Assembly: GCA_945905835.1 (NCBI GenBank)
Contig: CAMDQJ010000002.1
Location: forward strand, 14,684-78,683
Source of the DNA: Asaia bogorensis
GTDB taxonomy: Bacteria; Pseudomonadota; Alphaproteobacteria; Reyranellales; Reyranellaceae
Direction of reading: 5' to 3'
Length of the DNA stretch: 64,000 nucleotides
The notes under the pieces are model-generated. The model searched no databases, was not told where the DNA came from, and was given only the letters and a program-made list of their open reading frames with translations. The translations under genes were made by a program, and so were the position numbers. This document shows positions 40,502 to 49,887 of the stretch, in pieces (position 1 is the stretch's first letter; every line of letters starts with the position of its first letter).

Positions 40502-41253
40502 GCCGTGCGGCGCCCCACGACATTCACGAACAGCGTCGGCATGTAGGTGCGCGACACCGGCAGGCGCTCGGTCGCCTGGCGCGACAACACCGCGCGGTTG
40601 TCCTCGTGGTCGAGCACGAGCTGGAACAGGCCCTGTTCGACGGCGCCGGCGCGGCTCTCGAGCTCGGACTTGCCGTCGCGCTCGATGCGGTAGGCGACGT
40701 CGAGCCCGACATCCCCGCCGCTGTAGAACGCCGACACCATGTCGAGGCCGCCGAACAGCTGGACCAGCCCGCGAATCGAGAAGCGCCAGTAATCGTCGGG
40801 CGCCGCGTGGAACGCCTGCGACCACGGCGTGGCGACATAGGCAAGCGCTCCGGCCTTCATGACGCTCTGGATATTGCGCGCGGCGCGGTTGGGGTTCTTG
40901 GTGTGCTCGAGCACGTGGCAGCAGATCACCAGGTCGAACGGATCGCTGCCGAGCGCCGTCTCGAGCGTGCGCGAGTCGCAGCAGATGTCGAGCACGACAT
41001 CGACATTGGCGCCCTCCAGCAGGTCGATGCCGACGAACTTCGCGCGCTTGTCGAAGCGCTTGGTCGCCAACGCCCGCCAGTTGCGCTCGTTGCGGTCGGC
41101 GATGTTGACGCGCGATCCGATCTGCAGGATGCGCGGCGCACGCCGGCCGGCCTCTTCGGCAACGCGATCGAGCAGCAGGTCGACCTCGCGGGTAACGCTG
41201 CTGCCGACGACGCGCAGCTCGCCGGGAGGGTTCGGCTGCGCCGACGCGCTCAT
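40498..41253 (-). CDS. Class I SAM-dependent methyltransferase
   Basis: ILQIGSR...FDLVICCHVLEHTKNP (Methyltransf_11-like). Start MSASAQ overlaps the lutC stop (ATGA). Confidence 0.75.
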   Translation of the reverse strand: MSASAQPNPPGELRVVGSSVTREVDLLLDRVAEEAGRRAPRILQIGSRVNIADRNERNWRALATKRFDKRAKFVGIDLLEGANVDVVLDICCDSRTLETALGSDPFDLVICCHVLEHTKNPNRAARNIQSVMKAGALAYVATPWSQAFHAAPDDYWRFSIRGLVQLFGGLDMVSAFYSGGDVGLDVAYRIERDGKSELESRAGAVEQGLFQLVLDHEDNRAVLSRQATERLPVSRTYMPTLFVNVVGRRTA

Positions 41254-41936
41254 TCGCGCACCACCAGGATATGCATGCGCCGGGGACCGTGCGCGCCGAG
41301 CTCGATGGTCTGCTCGATGTCGCCGGTGCGCGACGGGCCGGTGATGGTGTTGACGGTGCGCGGCATCACGTCCTTGCCATAGCGCGCCCGCAGCCTTTGC
41401 CATACCTCCTCGTAGCCGCCGACGATGTCGCTCTCCTTCAGCACGACGATGTGGGTGTCGGGCAGCAGGTTCAGCGTCACCGGATGCTCGGGGCCCGAGG
41501 CCATGACCACGGTGCCGGTTTCGGCGATGCCGGCAAAGGCCGGCGTGATCGCCACCGAATCGCTGCCAACGGCCTTGCCGCGGCGCAGCTCGAGCATTTT
41601 CTGGCTGGCCCAGTCGAGGCGGTCGAGGTCGGGCGAGGGCGCGATGGCCGCCCATGCCGGCAAATTGTTGCGCGCCAGGTAGGCCATCACTTCGCCGGGA
41701 ACCTCGGCCGAGCTGACCCGCGCCACGGTGGCGTTGTTGAACTCCGCCCAATGGCAGAACACGGCAACGCGTTCGGGCTGCGGCAAGTTGGCGCGCGCTA
41801 CGCTTGGCCCCAGCGGCGGGCGGGCGAGGCGCGCCGCCACGGCCTCGCGGGCGGCGCCCGAAAGCTCGCCGCGCTTCAGGGAACGGCGGATGCCGTTCAG
41901 GATCTGGCCCCGCGCGCTATTGGGTGCTTCGCTCAT
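41250..41936 (-). CDS. lutC: Lactate utilization protein C (LUD domain, YkgG-like)
   Basis: MSEAPNSARGQILNGIRRSL...TGPSRTGDIEQTIELGAHGPRRMHILVV. Confidence 0.85.
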   Translation of the reverse strand: MSEAPNSARGQILNGIRRSLKRGELSGAAREAVAARLARPPLGPSVARANLPQPERVAVFCHWAEFNNATVARVSSAEVPGEVMAYLARNNLPAWAAIAPSPDLDRLDWASQKMLELRRGKAVGSDSVAITPAFAGIAETGTVVMASGPEHPVTLNLLPDTHIVVLKESDIVGGYEEVWQRLRARYGKDVMPRTVNTITGPSRTGDIEQTIELGAHGPRRMHILVVRE

Positions 41937-43351
41937 GGTTTCCGTCGCTGCCACTGAGTGTGGAACGTGCCGCCGGATTGCGGTGCCGGGAAGTCGCGAT
42001 AGCGCGTCCAGCCGCCGGCGAGCGGCACCGCCCGGTAGCGGCCGTCGGCCCGGCCGAACAGCGCCAGCAAGCGATTGGCCAAGCCAGTGACACGCCGGTA
42101 AAGGCCCGGCCGGCGGGCAAAAAAGCCCCAGAGGGCGAGGCCTTGGCGCACCGCGCCGGGCGTCAGATGCTGCTCGAATTCGCGCTCGCGCCAATGGCGC
42201 ATCAGCCTGGGCAGCGGGATGCGCACCGGGCAGACGCTCTCGCAGCGGCCGCAGAAGGTCGAGGCGTTGGGCAGGTTGCCGGCTTCCTCGACGCCGATGA
42301 GCTGCGGCGTCAGCACGGCGCCGATCGGGCCGGGATAGACCCAGCCATAGGCGTGGCCGCCGATCGCGCCATAGACCGGGCAATGGTTCATGCAGGCGCC
42401 ACAGCGGATGCAGCGCAGGACGTCCTGCATCTCGGTGCCGAGCACGTTGGAGCGGCCATTGTCGAGAATGACGACGTGATACTGCTCGGGACCGTCGAGA
42501 TCGCCCGGCCGCTTGGGCCCTGTATTGAGCGTGGTGTAGGCCGAGGATTCCTGTCCGGTCGCCGAGCGCGCCAGGACGCGCAGCAGGACGGCGGCGTCCT
42601 CGAGTGTGGGGATCACCTTCTCGATGGTGGCCAGTACGATGTGGATCTTGGGCAGGGTGTTGGAGAGATCGGCGTTGCCCTCGTTGGTCACCAGCATCGA
42701 CGAGCCGGTCTCGGCCACCAGGAAGTTGGCGCCGGTGAGACCGACATCGGCGTCGAGGAATTTTTGCCGCAGTACGTAGCGCGCCTCGGCCACCATGTCG
42801 TTGCGCTCGGTCAGCCGCTTGGTGAAGCCGAGCTTGCTGTGGTGCTCGAGGAAGGTGTCGGCGACCTGGTCCTTGGTGAGATGGACGGCAGGCGCGATGA
42901 TGTGGCTGGGCGGCTCGTGCCTGAGCTGGATGATATATTCGCCGAGATCGGTCTCGATCGGCGCGATGCCTTCGGCTTCGAGATGCTCGTTGAGCGCGAT
43001 TTCTTCCGCCACCATCGATTTCGACTTGGCGACGGTGCGGGCGTTCACACTCTTGCACAGGTCGGTGATGATGCGCCGCGCATCCGCCGCGGTCGGCGCC
43101 CAGTGGACGTGGCCGCCCAATGCCAGAACCTTGCGCTCGAATTCCTCGAGATAGAAATCGAGGTTGGCGAGCGCGTGGTTCTTGATGTCGCGCGCTGAAT
43201 CGCGCAGCGCCTCGAATTCGGGCAACCGCTCGGCGGCCTGGCGGCGGCGCTCGGAGAAGCCGACCTTCAGCTTGGCCAGCGAATCCTGCAGGTTGGGATC
43301 GGCCAGTGCGGCGTCGACATTGTCGTTGAAATCGTGCGCGGTGGATTCCAT
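41933..43351 (-). CDS. lutB: Lactate utilization iron-sulfur protein B (YkgF-like)
   Basis: Two 4Fe-4S ferredoxin motifs (CIRCGACMNHCPVY, CGRCESVCPV) and a LUD domain. 472 aa. Confidence 0.9.
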   Translation of the reverse strand: MESTAHDFNDNVDAALADPNLQDSLAKLKVGFSERRRQAAERLPEFEALRDSARDIKNHALANLDFYLEEFERKVLALGGHVHWAPTAADARRIITDLCKSVNARTVAKSKSMVAEEIALNEHLEAEGIAPIETDLGEYIIQLRHEPPSHIIAPAVHLTKDQVADTFLEHHSKLGFTKRLTERNDMVAEARYVLRQKFLDADVGLTGANFLVAETGSSMLVTNEGNADLSNTLPKIHIVLATIEKVIPTLEDAAVLLRVLARSATGQESSAYTTLNTGPKRPGDLDGPEQYHVVILDNGRSNVLGTEMQDVLRCIRCGACMNHCPVYGAIGGHAYGWVYPGPIGAVLTPQLIGVEEAGNLPNASTFCGRCESVCPVRIPLPRLMRHWREREFEQHLTPGAVRQGLALWGFFARRPGLYRRVTGLANRLLALFGRADGRYRAVPLAGGWTRYRDFPAPQSGGTFHTQWQRRKP

Positions 43352-44151
43352 CAGCCAGGCTCACCGATGGGAGGAATGTCGCCCATGCCGGCCAGCACTT
43401 CGGCGACATGGCGGACGGCGACGGTGCTGCCCTCGCGCTGCAGCTTGCCGGCCATGTTCATCAGGCAGCCGAGATCGCCCGCCAGCAGCGTGGTAGCGCC
43501 GGTGGCCGCAATGTCGGCCGACTTCTCACCGACCATGGCGTTCGATATCTCGGGATACTTGACGCAGAAGGTGCCGCCGAAACCGCAGCACACTTCCGGC
43601 GTCGCCATCTCGCGCAGGCTGAGGCCGCCGACCGAGGCCAGCAGCCGGCGCGGCTGGCCCTTGACGCCGAGTTCGCGCAGCCCCGAGCAGGAATCGTGAT
43701 AGGTGACGGCGCCGTCGTAACGCGCCGCGACCTTCTTTACGCCCAGCACGTCGACCAGGAAGGCGATCAGCTCGTAGCTGCGGCCGGCCAGATTTTCCGC
43801 CCTGGCCTTCATCGCCGGATCGTCGTCGAACAGGCCGGGATAGTGATGGCTGAGCATGCCGCCGCACGAACCCGAGGGCGCGACCACGGCGTCGTAGCCT
43901 TCGAAGGCCTCTATGACCTGGGCAGCGATCGCCCGCGTTGTCGCTCGATCGCCGGAATTGTAGGCCGGCTGGCCGCAGCATACCTGGAGCGGCGGCACCT
44001 CGACGGTGCAGCCCGCGTCCTGCAGCAGCTTCACCGCCGCGAAGCCGATCGAAGGCCGGAAAAGATCGACCAGACAGGTGACGAAAAGCGCGACGCGGCG
44101 GGGCCGGGAAGCCGGTGTGGGCGGGGCTGAGCTAGACGCTGGACTGGACAC
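43351..44151 (-). CDS. lutA: Lactate utilization protein A ((Fe-S) oxidoreductase with CCG domains, YkgE-like)
   Basis: VALFVTCLVDLFRPSIGFAAVKLL...VCCGQPAYNSG and VCCGFGGTF. Start tentatively at the GTG at 44151. Confidence 0.8.
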   Translation of the reverse strand: MSSPASSSAPPTPASRPRRVALFVTCLVDLFRPSIGFAAVKLLQDAGCTVEVPPLQVCCGQPAYNSGDRATTRAIAAQVIEAFEGYDAVVAPSGSCGGMLSHHYPGLFDDDPAMKARAENLAGRSYELIAFLVDVLGVKKVAARYDGAVTYHDSCSGLRELGVKGQPRRLLASVGGLSLREMATPEVCCGFGGTFCVKYPEISNAMVGEKSADIAATGATTLLAGDLGCLMNMAGKLQREGSTVAVRHVAEVLAGMGDIPPIGEPG

Positions 44152-44532
44152 CGCCCGAAGATGGCAGCGCCCCAAAAGGGGTGCAACGGGCGATATTCCG
44201 CCCAATCGCTTCCTAGGTGGCTGTCGTGTTCAAAAAGCTCCGACACAGAGCCACTGCTGGCGACGCGCTAGCCTTTTTGCGCGCCTCCGGCGCCGGGCCG
44301 CTTGTTCTTCTTTTCGCTCTTGGCGCCGCCGCGCACCGCATCCTTGGCGATCTGCTGGGTGGAAACACGCTTGGCGGCGGCCTGCCGGCGTTCGTTGGTC
44401 TTCTGGGCGCGCAGAGTTGGCTGGGTCATGCCTCTACAACGCGCCAGCTGCACGGGAGTTGCAATCAATTCGGCCGGCATATTCGCATCGAGACGCCAGC
44501 TTTTGCCGCATTCCTGCGTTATCTTGGCCGTC

Positions 44533-45180
44533 GTGAAAATCATCAGCTGGAATCTTCTGCGCCGGACCGGCGCTGCGATGGAGGACGTCGTGGCCCTGCT
44601 CGTCCGCGAGCGACCCGACCTGCTGCTGATGCAGGAGGCGACCAAGGAGATCGAGGCGCTGCCCTCGGCGGTCGGCGGTCACTTCCACCGCATGCCGTGG
44701 GCCAGCCGCATCCACGGCCTGGCGGTATGGAGTCGCCATCATTTCACGCCGCCGCACGTTCTGGCGCTGCCGATGTCGCGCCTGCCGGGCCGCCTGCCGG
44801 GCCGCGTCTCGCAACTCGTGCAGATCGGCGACATTCGCTTTGCCAACGTCCATCTCTCGCACGGCCAGCTTCTCAACCGTCGCCAGCTTGGCCGTATCGC
44901 CGCGGCGCTGCATGGCCATCCGGCGGCGATCATCGGCGACTACAACGCGGTCGGCTCGGTGAAGCTGCCGGGCTTCCGCGATGTCGGCCCGCGTGAGCCG
45001 ACGCATTTCGCCAGCAATATCGTGCCTTTTCGCCTCGATCGGTGCCTTGTGCACGGGTTGCATTGCACGGCGGCGCGGACTCTCGATTTCGGACCCTCAG
45101 ACCACCGCCCGATCGTGCTCGAGCTGCAATGCGCGACACCGGCGCGGCGGGGGAACGCTGCTCCGACAAGCGCCGCCTGA
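44533..45180 (+). CDS. Endonuclease/exonuclease/phosphatase (EEP) family protein
   Basis: VKIISWNLL...PDLLLMQE...NVHLSHG...IIGDYN...SDHRPIV. GTG start at 44533. Confidence 0.75.
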   Translation: MKIISWNLLRRTGAAMEDVVALLVRERPDLLLMQEATKEIEALPSAVGGHFHRMPWASRIHGLAVWSRHHFTPPHVLALPMSRLPGRLPGRVSQLVQIGDIRFANVHLSHGQLLNRRQLGRIAAALHGHPAAIIGDYNAVGSVKLPGFRDVGPREPTHFASNIVPFRLDRCLVHGLHCTAARTLDFGPSDHRPIVLELQCATPARRGNAAPTSAA

Positions 45181-45205
45181 AGACTGCTGCTTAGAAGACT
45201 GCCGC

Positions 45206-46645
45206 CTAGAGGTAGGGCAGCAGCAGGCGCGCCGCGCGGTCGCGCATTTCCACCAGGAACGGATAGTCGGCGACCTGATCGGGTGTCAGCTCCGGCCCGC
45301 GTCTGCGGGTGATCGCCTCGGAGATCTGCCGGGTCAGCCTGGCGTCGTGGATCTCGACGTTGAGCTCGAAATTCAGGCGGAAGCTGCGGGTGTCCCAGTT
45401 GGCGCTGCCGATCATGGCCCACGCGTCATCGACCACCATCAGCTTGGAATGCTCGAACGGCGGCGGCGAGAGATAGACGTGGCAACCCTCCGACTCGACG
45501 AGCGGCTGGATCTGCGCCCGCCGCGCCCAGTCGGCCAAGCGCTGGTCGGTGTGCTGGGGCACGACGATCTCGACTTCGACGCCGCGCATCGCCGCCAGCT
45601 CCAGCGCCGTGATCAGTCCGTCATGTGGCAGGAAGTACGGCGTCAGAATCCTGATCGACTGCTGCGCACAGGAGATCGCGTGCAGCGTGACGAACTCGAT
45701 CTTTTCGAAATCCTCGTCGGGTCCTGATTTGATGGCGCGGGCCACTGCGCTGCCCCTGGTGGGAACCTCCCGCGGAAACCAGGCGTTGCCGTCGAGATCC
45801 TCGCCCGTGGTGAACTGCCAATCCTCGGTGAAGGCCTCGACGAGCTGGTCGACTACCGGCCCCTTGAAGCGGAAATGCGTGTCGCGCACGGCGTTGGGCG
45901 GCTTTGTTTTCAGCAGGTTGTCGGCGGAGATGTTGAGGCCGCCGGTGAAGCCGACGTGGCCGTCGACGCACAGTATCTTCTTGTGGTTGCGCAGGTTGAG
46001 GAACGGCATGCGCCACGGCACGTGGGTATGGAGAAACCGGGCAGCGGGAACGCCTTCCTGCTTCAACCGATGCCAGGCTGGCGAGCGGATGTAATTTCCG
46101 CCGAAGCCGTCGATCAGCACCCGTACCGCAACACCGCGCCGGCACGCGCGCGCGAGGGCATCGATGAATTGATTGCCCGCAACATCGACGCGGAAGATGT
46201 AGCTCGAGAGCCCGATGCTGTGCTTTGCGCCCTCGATGGCGGCGATCATCAGGGGATAGGCCTCGTCGCCGTTGCGCAACATGCGAACGTCGTTGCCGGG
46301 CTGCATCGGCCGCCGGGTCAGCAGACTGGCGGCGAGCTCCAGGGGCGCGAAATGGTCGGGCTGGGGCTTGGCCGCCCGGTGCCGCTTCGGTCCGACGATG
46401 CGCGGCCGCCTTTTGCGCAGGCGTCGGGCGCGCCGCTTGACGCGGTTGATGCCGAACCCGAGGTACAGGAGGCTGCCGAGGAACGGCGACAGCCAGACCA
46501 GGCCCATCCACGCCATGGCGGCGCCGACATCGCGCTTGCGCCGCAGGATATGAATGCTGACGCCGGCCGACAGCACCACGTGCGCCAGGGTGAGGATGCC
46601 GGCGCCGATGCCCGACAGGCTGTATTGGCTAATCTGGAGCCACAT
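45206..46645 (-). CDS. cls: Cardiolipin synthase (PLD superfamily, two HKD motifs)
   Basis: HKKILCVDGHVGFTGGLNI and HSKLMVVDDAWAMIGSANWD. N-terminal TM helices. Start at 46645 or 46669. Confidence 0.9.
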   Translation of the reverse strand: MWLQISQYSLSGIGAGILTLAHVVLSAGVSIHILRRKRDVGAAMAWMGLVWLSPFLGSLLYLGFGINRVKRRARRLRKRRPRIVGPKRHRAAKPQPDHFAPLELAASLLTRRPMQPGNDVRMLRNGDEAYPLMIAAIEGAKHSIGLSSYIFRVDVAGNQFIDALARACRRGVAVRVLIDGFGGNYIRSPAWHRLKQEGVPAARFLHTHVPWRMPFLNLRNHKKILCVDGHVGFTGGLNISADNLLKTKPPNAVRDTHFRFKGPVVDQLVEAFTEDWQFTTGEDLDGNAWFPREVPTRGSAVARAIKSGPDEDFEKIEFVTLHAISCAQQSIRILTPYFLPHDGLITALELAAMRGVEVEIVVPQHTDQRLADWARRAQIQPLVESEGCHVYLSPPPFEHSKLMVVDDAWAMIGSANWDTRSFRLNFELNVEIHDARLTRQISEAITRRRGPELTPDQVADYPFLVEMRDRAARLLLPYL

Positions 46646-46949
46646 CCATTGCCTGTTCGAGGCGCGCAATCAGCTCGCGCAATGAATTGAATTCGACGCG
46701 CGACAGCGCCAGGCCGCCGGAGACCCGAGCCTTGGCGCGGTCGGCGACGGCCGGCGTCGCGGTCAATTCGGCAAGGAGATCGTTGGCCGGCGCGCCGGGT
46801 TGGGCGGCTTCCAGCCGTCGCGCATGCTCGACCTCGGTGATCTGCTCCACCCATTTGCTCAGCCGATAGATCTGCTGGACGAGAAACTCTTCCTGCTCTT
46901 CGCGCCTGAATCCGAACAGGGCATGACGAATCGCTGCAAACATCGTCAT
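46629..46949 (-). CDS. Hypothetical protein (106 aa)
   Basis: ORF with a GC-rich third position and no recognisable domain. Overlaps the cls start. Confidence 0.35.
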   Translation of the reverse strand: MTMFAAIRHALFGFRREEQEEFLVQQIYRLSKWVEQITEVEHARRLEAAQPGAPANDLLAELTATPAVADRAKARVSGGLALSRVEFNSLRELIARLEQAMDVAPD

Positions 46950-46974
46950 CTCCCGGGCTTTAAGTCCCGTCAGC

Positions 46975-48129
46975 CTAGCCCTTGTTGGGCACCAGTACGA
47001 TGGCGCGGCCGGGACTGTTCATGCGGCCGGCCCAGTCGGCCGCCGCAGCGCCGCCGCCGAAGAAGACATCGCCGCGCGCCGCGCCCTTGATCGCGGTGCC
47101 GCTATCCTGGGCGATCATCAGGCGGCGGTACATCTCGATGGCGCCGGGCTTGGAGGACACCGGCCTGCCGGTGTCGATCCATACCGGCGTGCCGAACGGC
47201 GTAAAGGCGGGGTCGACGGCCATGCTGCGCTGGGCGGTCAACAGCACGCCCTGGGCGCCGGTGGCCGCCGCGGTGCGGGTGTCCTTGAAGAAGATGTAGC
47301 GCTCGTTCTTGCGCATGACGTCGCGCGCCTGCTGCGGGTTGCGCTTCAGCCAGTCGCGGATGGCGGGCCAGGTCACGTCCTCGCGTTTCATGACGCCCAT
47401 CTCGGCCAGCACGTTGCCGATCGCGGTGTAGGACCGGTTGTTGGAGCCGTCGAAGCCAAGATAGAGCGTGCCACCCTCGGCGAGATGGATGCGGCCGCTG
47501 CCCTGGACCTGGATCTCGTAGAGCCCGATGGGATCCTGCACGTAGGCGATTTCCAGGCCCTTGCCCTTGAGCGCGCCCTGCTCGATCTCGGCGCGCGTGA
47601 GGTAGGGCTTGTCGGAAAGATCGGCCGGCCGGCGATAGACCGGCACAGTGAACAGGCGCGAGGGGGCGCGGCTGCCGCGCACCTCGGGTTCGAAATAGCC
47701 GGTGAAGCGGCCCGGCGCGTCGACCACCAGCGGGCGGAAATTTTCCTCGAAGAAACGCCTGGCACCGCGATTGTCGCCGTCCTTGACCGCACCGGCGCCG
47801 TCGCAGATGCGCTTCCACTCGGCGGCGGTAACGGTCTTCTCGCCGCCCTCGGTGACGATCTTCGAATCGGCGCCGGCCACCAGCTTGGGACAGGAGCGCT
47901 TGAAGGCGGCGAGCGCCTCGGCGTGCTTTTCCTCGCCCCAGCCGGGAATCTCGTTGAACGAGGTTGGCGCCATGCTGACCCGCGGCTCGCGCGAACCGCC
48001 GCCCAGGCCGTCGGCGCATGCCGACAGGAGGCCCGCTGCTGCAAACAGCGCGACCGCGCCCGCGAAGCCGGGCCAGCGCGAAGCCGTGTCCCGCTTCAGC
48101 CTTCGCTTTCGGTTTTGATCAGCAGCCAA
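46975..48129 (-). CDS. mltA: Murein transglycosylase A (lipoprotein)
   Basis: Lipobox LLSAC. MltA-specific and 3D domains (...YFEPEVRGS..., ...GTAIKGAARGDVFFG...). Confidence 0.85.
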   Translation of the reverse strand: MAADQNRKRRLKRDTASRWPGFAGAVALFAAAGLLSACADGLGGGSREPRVSMAPTSFNEIPGWGEEKHAEALAAFKRSCPKLVAGADSKIVTEGGEKTVTAAEWKRICDGAGAVKDGDNRGARRFFEENFRPLVVDAPGRFTGYFEPEVRGSRAPSRLFTVPVYRRPADLSDKPYLTRAEIEQGALKGKGLEIAYVQDPIGLYEIQVQGSGRIHLAEGGTLYLGFDGSNNRSYTAIGNVLAEMGVMKREDVTWPAIRDWLKRNPQQARDVMRKNERYIFFKDTRTAAATGAQGVLLTAQRSMAVDPAFTPFGTPVWIDTGRPVSSKPGAIEMYRRLMIAQDSGTAIKGAARGDVFFGGGAAAADWAGRMNSPGRAIVLVPNKG

Positions 48130-48845
48130 TTCGGATCTCTGGATTTGGTGTCGCGGCGGAACGTCCAGAGGTCGATGACCTTCTGCACTTCGTTGGGATT
48201 GCCGTCGACCACCAGGCCCTCGGCATTACGCGTGACGTTGATCTGTTCGCTGACGAACCGAATGGTGACGGCGGCGTGGCTGCCCTGCATCTCGGCGGTG
48301 GCGATGTCGGATGCCTCGAAGCCGATCAGGGTCGTCTCGACCTTTTCCTTGTTCTGCTCGCGCTGCCGGATGACGCCTTCGAAACTGCTGTAGGTCCGGT
48401 CGTCGAGCAGCGGGCGCAGCGTCTTGGTGTCGCCACGGGCGAAGGCCTCGACGATGGTCGCGAAAGCCGCGCGCGCGCCGGCGGCGAAAGCTGTGGGCTC
48501 GAAACTCGGATCGGCGGCACGGATGGCGGCGACGCCGGCCGAGGCGGTCGGCAGGACGGTGGCGCGAACCGCTCCGGGGAAGGCGGCGGGCTTGGCCGGG
48601 GGCGGCGGATTGGCGCTGGGCAGCGGGATTACGTTGTCGGTGCCGCCAGCCGACGAGGCAGGCGGCTCGCCGGGCCGTGGCGGCGCCGGCGGACGCTCAA
48701 ACGGATTGGCCGCCGGCGGGCGTTCGCCGCCCGTGCGCTTTCCGAGGACCGAACGCAGCCGCAGGATCAGGAAAACCGCGACCAGGCCGATCAGGATGAT
48801 GTCGTAGTTGTTGCCCACGATGGCGCTCCGCCAGTTAGCCCCCAA
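48096..48845 (-). CDS. Tim44-like domain membrane protein
   Basis: N-terminal TM with LRLRSVLGKRTG, a Pro-rich linker, and a C-terminal Tim44-like fold (...DLWTFRRDTKSRDPNWLL). Confidence 0.75.
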   Translation of the reverse strand: MGANWRSAIVGNNYDIILIGLVAVFLILRLRSVLGKRTGGERPPAANPFERPPAPPRPGEPPASSAGGTDNVIPLPSANPPPPAKPAAFPGAVRATVLPTASAGVAAIRAADPSFEPTAFAAGARAAFATIVEAFARGDTKTLRPLLDDRTYSSFEGVIRQREQNKEKVETTLIGFEASDIATAEMQGSHAAVTIRFVSEQINVTRNAEGLVVDGNPNEVQKVIDLWTFRRDTKSRDPNWLLIKTESEG

Positions 48846-49050
48846 CTCACGTCAAATTACATAGGCCCCGATTAGGGAAAGGGCAAGGCAACCTGCCGGC
48901 TCGCCGATTATCCTGCAAGGACCACGATATCGACCGGCTGGGCGACCCCGCCGACCTGGCGGCCGGGCCGGCGCTCGCGGTCGGCCGGCGGTTTGTAGCC
49001 CTGACTTTCGGCCCCGCCGCCGTCAAACAGCCAGCCGAGAAGTTTCTGGA

Positions 49051-49887
49051 TCACCGCTTCTCCAGCCACAGGCTGGTCGCCAGGGCATCGGCGGGCTTGG
49101 GCAGGCGGGCGACGACGGAGCGCGCCAGGCGGTCAGCCATGCGGCGCTCGGCCCACACGCTCGACCACAGCGGCCGGTAGGCGCCGCTGGCCAGCAGCGG
49201 CAGCACGCCCTGCTGCTCGTTGTAGTTCCGCCAGCCCCAGATCGGCGGATAGTCGAAGGGCAGGAAGATGTCGTGGATATGGACCAGGGCGCCCTTGGGC
49301 AGGTCGGGCAGGACGCGGCCGAACAGGATATCGACGTCGCTGCCTGGCATCAGGATGTGGCTGGAATCGATGAACAGAACGTCGCCGGGGGAGAGTCCGG
49401 CGAAGGTGTCGGCCGGTGCGGCCTGCAGGGTGCTGGCGACGAAGCGCACACCGGGAAGGCCGGCGATATCGGTGCGCGGCGCAGGGTCGATCGCCACGAT
49501 CTCGCCGACGCCGGCCAACGCCTTGGCGAGCACGCGCGTCGAATGGCCCGAGCCGACCTCGACGATACGCCTGGGCTTGCGCTCGCGCACCAGCGCGTAG
49601 GCGGCGGCCGCGTCGAGCGAGGGAAACCACGACTGCTCGAGCAGCGAGCGCTTCGCTTCGAGCGCCTCGGCATGGCCGTCGATGATGTCGAGCAGGGAGG
49701 CGAAGCCCGCCTCCTCGCGGCGAAACAGGCTCTCGATGGCGGGGTAGGGCGGCTGGCTGCCGGCCGGCGGCAGCAGTCGGGCGTAGCGGTGCGGCAGGAA
49801 CCAGCCGCGCGGGCTGAGGCCCAGGATGGTCGGCAGACCGAACGCCAGCCGTCGCCAGCGGCCACGCCAGCTTGTTTGTGCACTCAC
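49051..49887 (-). CDS. Class I SAM-dependent methyltransferase (Methyltransf_24-like)
   Basis: RIVEVGSGHSTRVLA...VLFIDSSH. GTG start at 49887 overlaps the upstream stop (GTGA). Confidence 0.7.
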   Translation of the reverse strand: MSAQTSWRGRWRRLAFGLPTILGLSPRGWFLPHRYARLLPPAGSQPPYPAIESLFRREEAGFASLLDIIDGHAEALEAKRSLLEQSWFPSLDAAAAYALVRERKPRRIVEVGSGHSTRVLAKALAGVGEIVAIDPAPRTDIAGLPGVRFVASTLQAAPADTFAGLSPGDVLFIDSSHILMPGSDVDILFGRVLPDLPKGALVHIHDIFLPFDYPPIWGWRNYNEQQGVLPLLASGAYRPLWSSVWAERRMADRLARSVVARLPKPADALATSLWLEKR

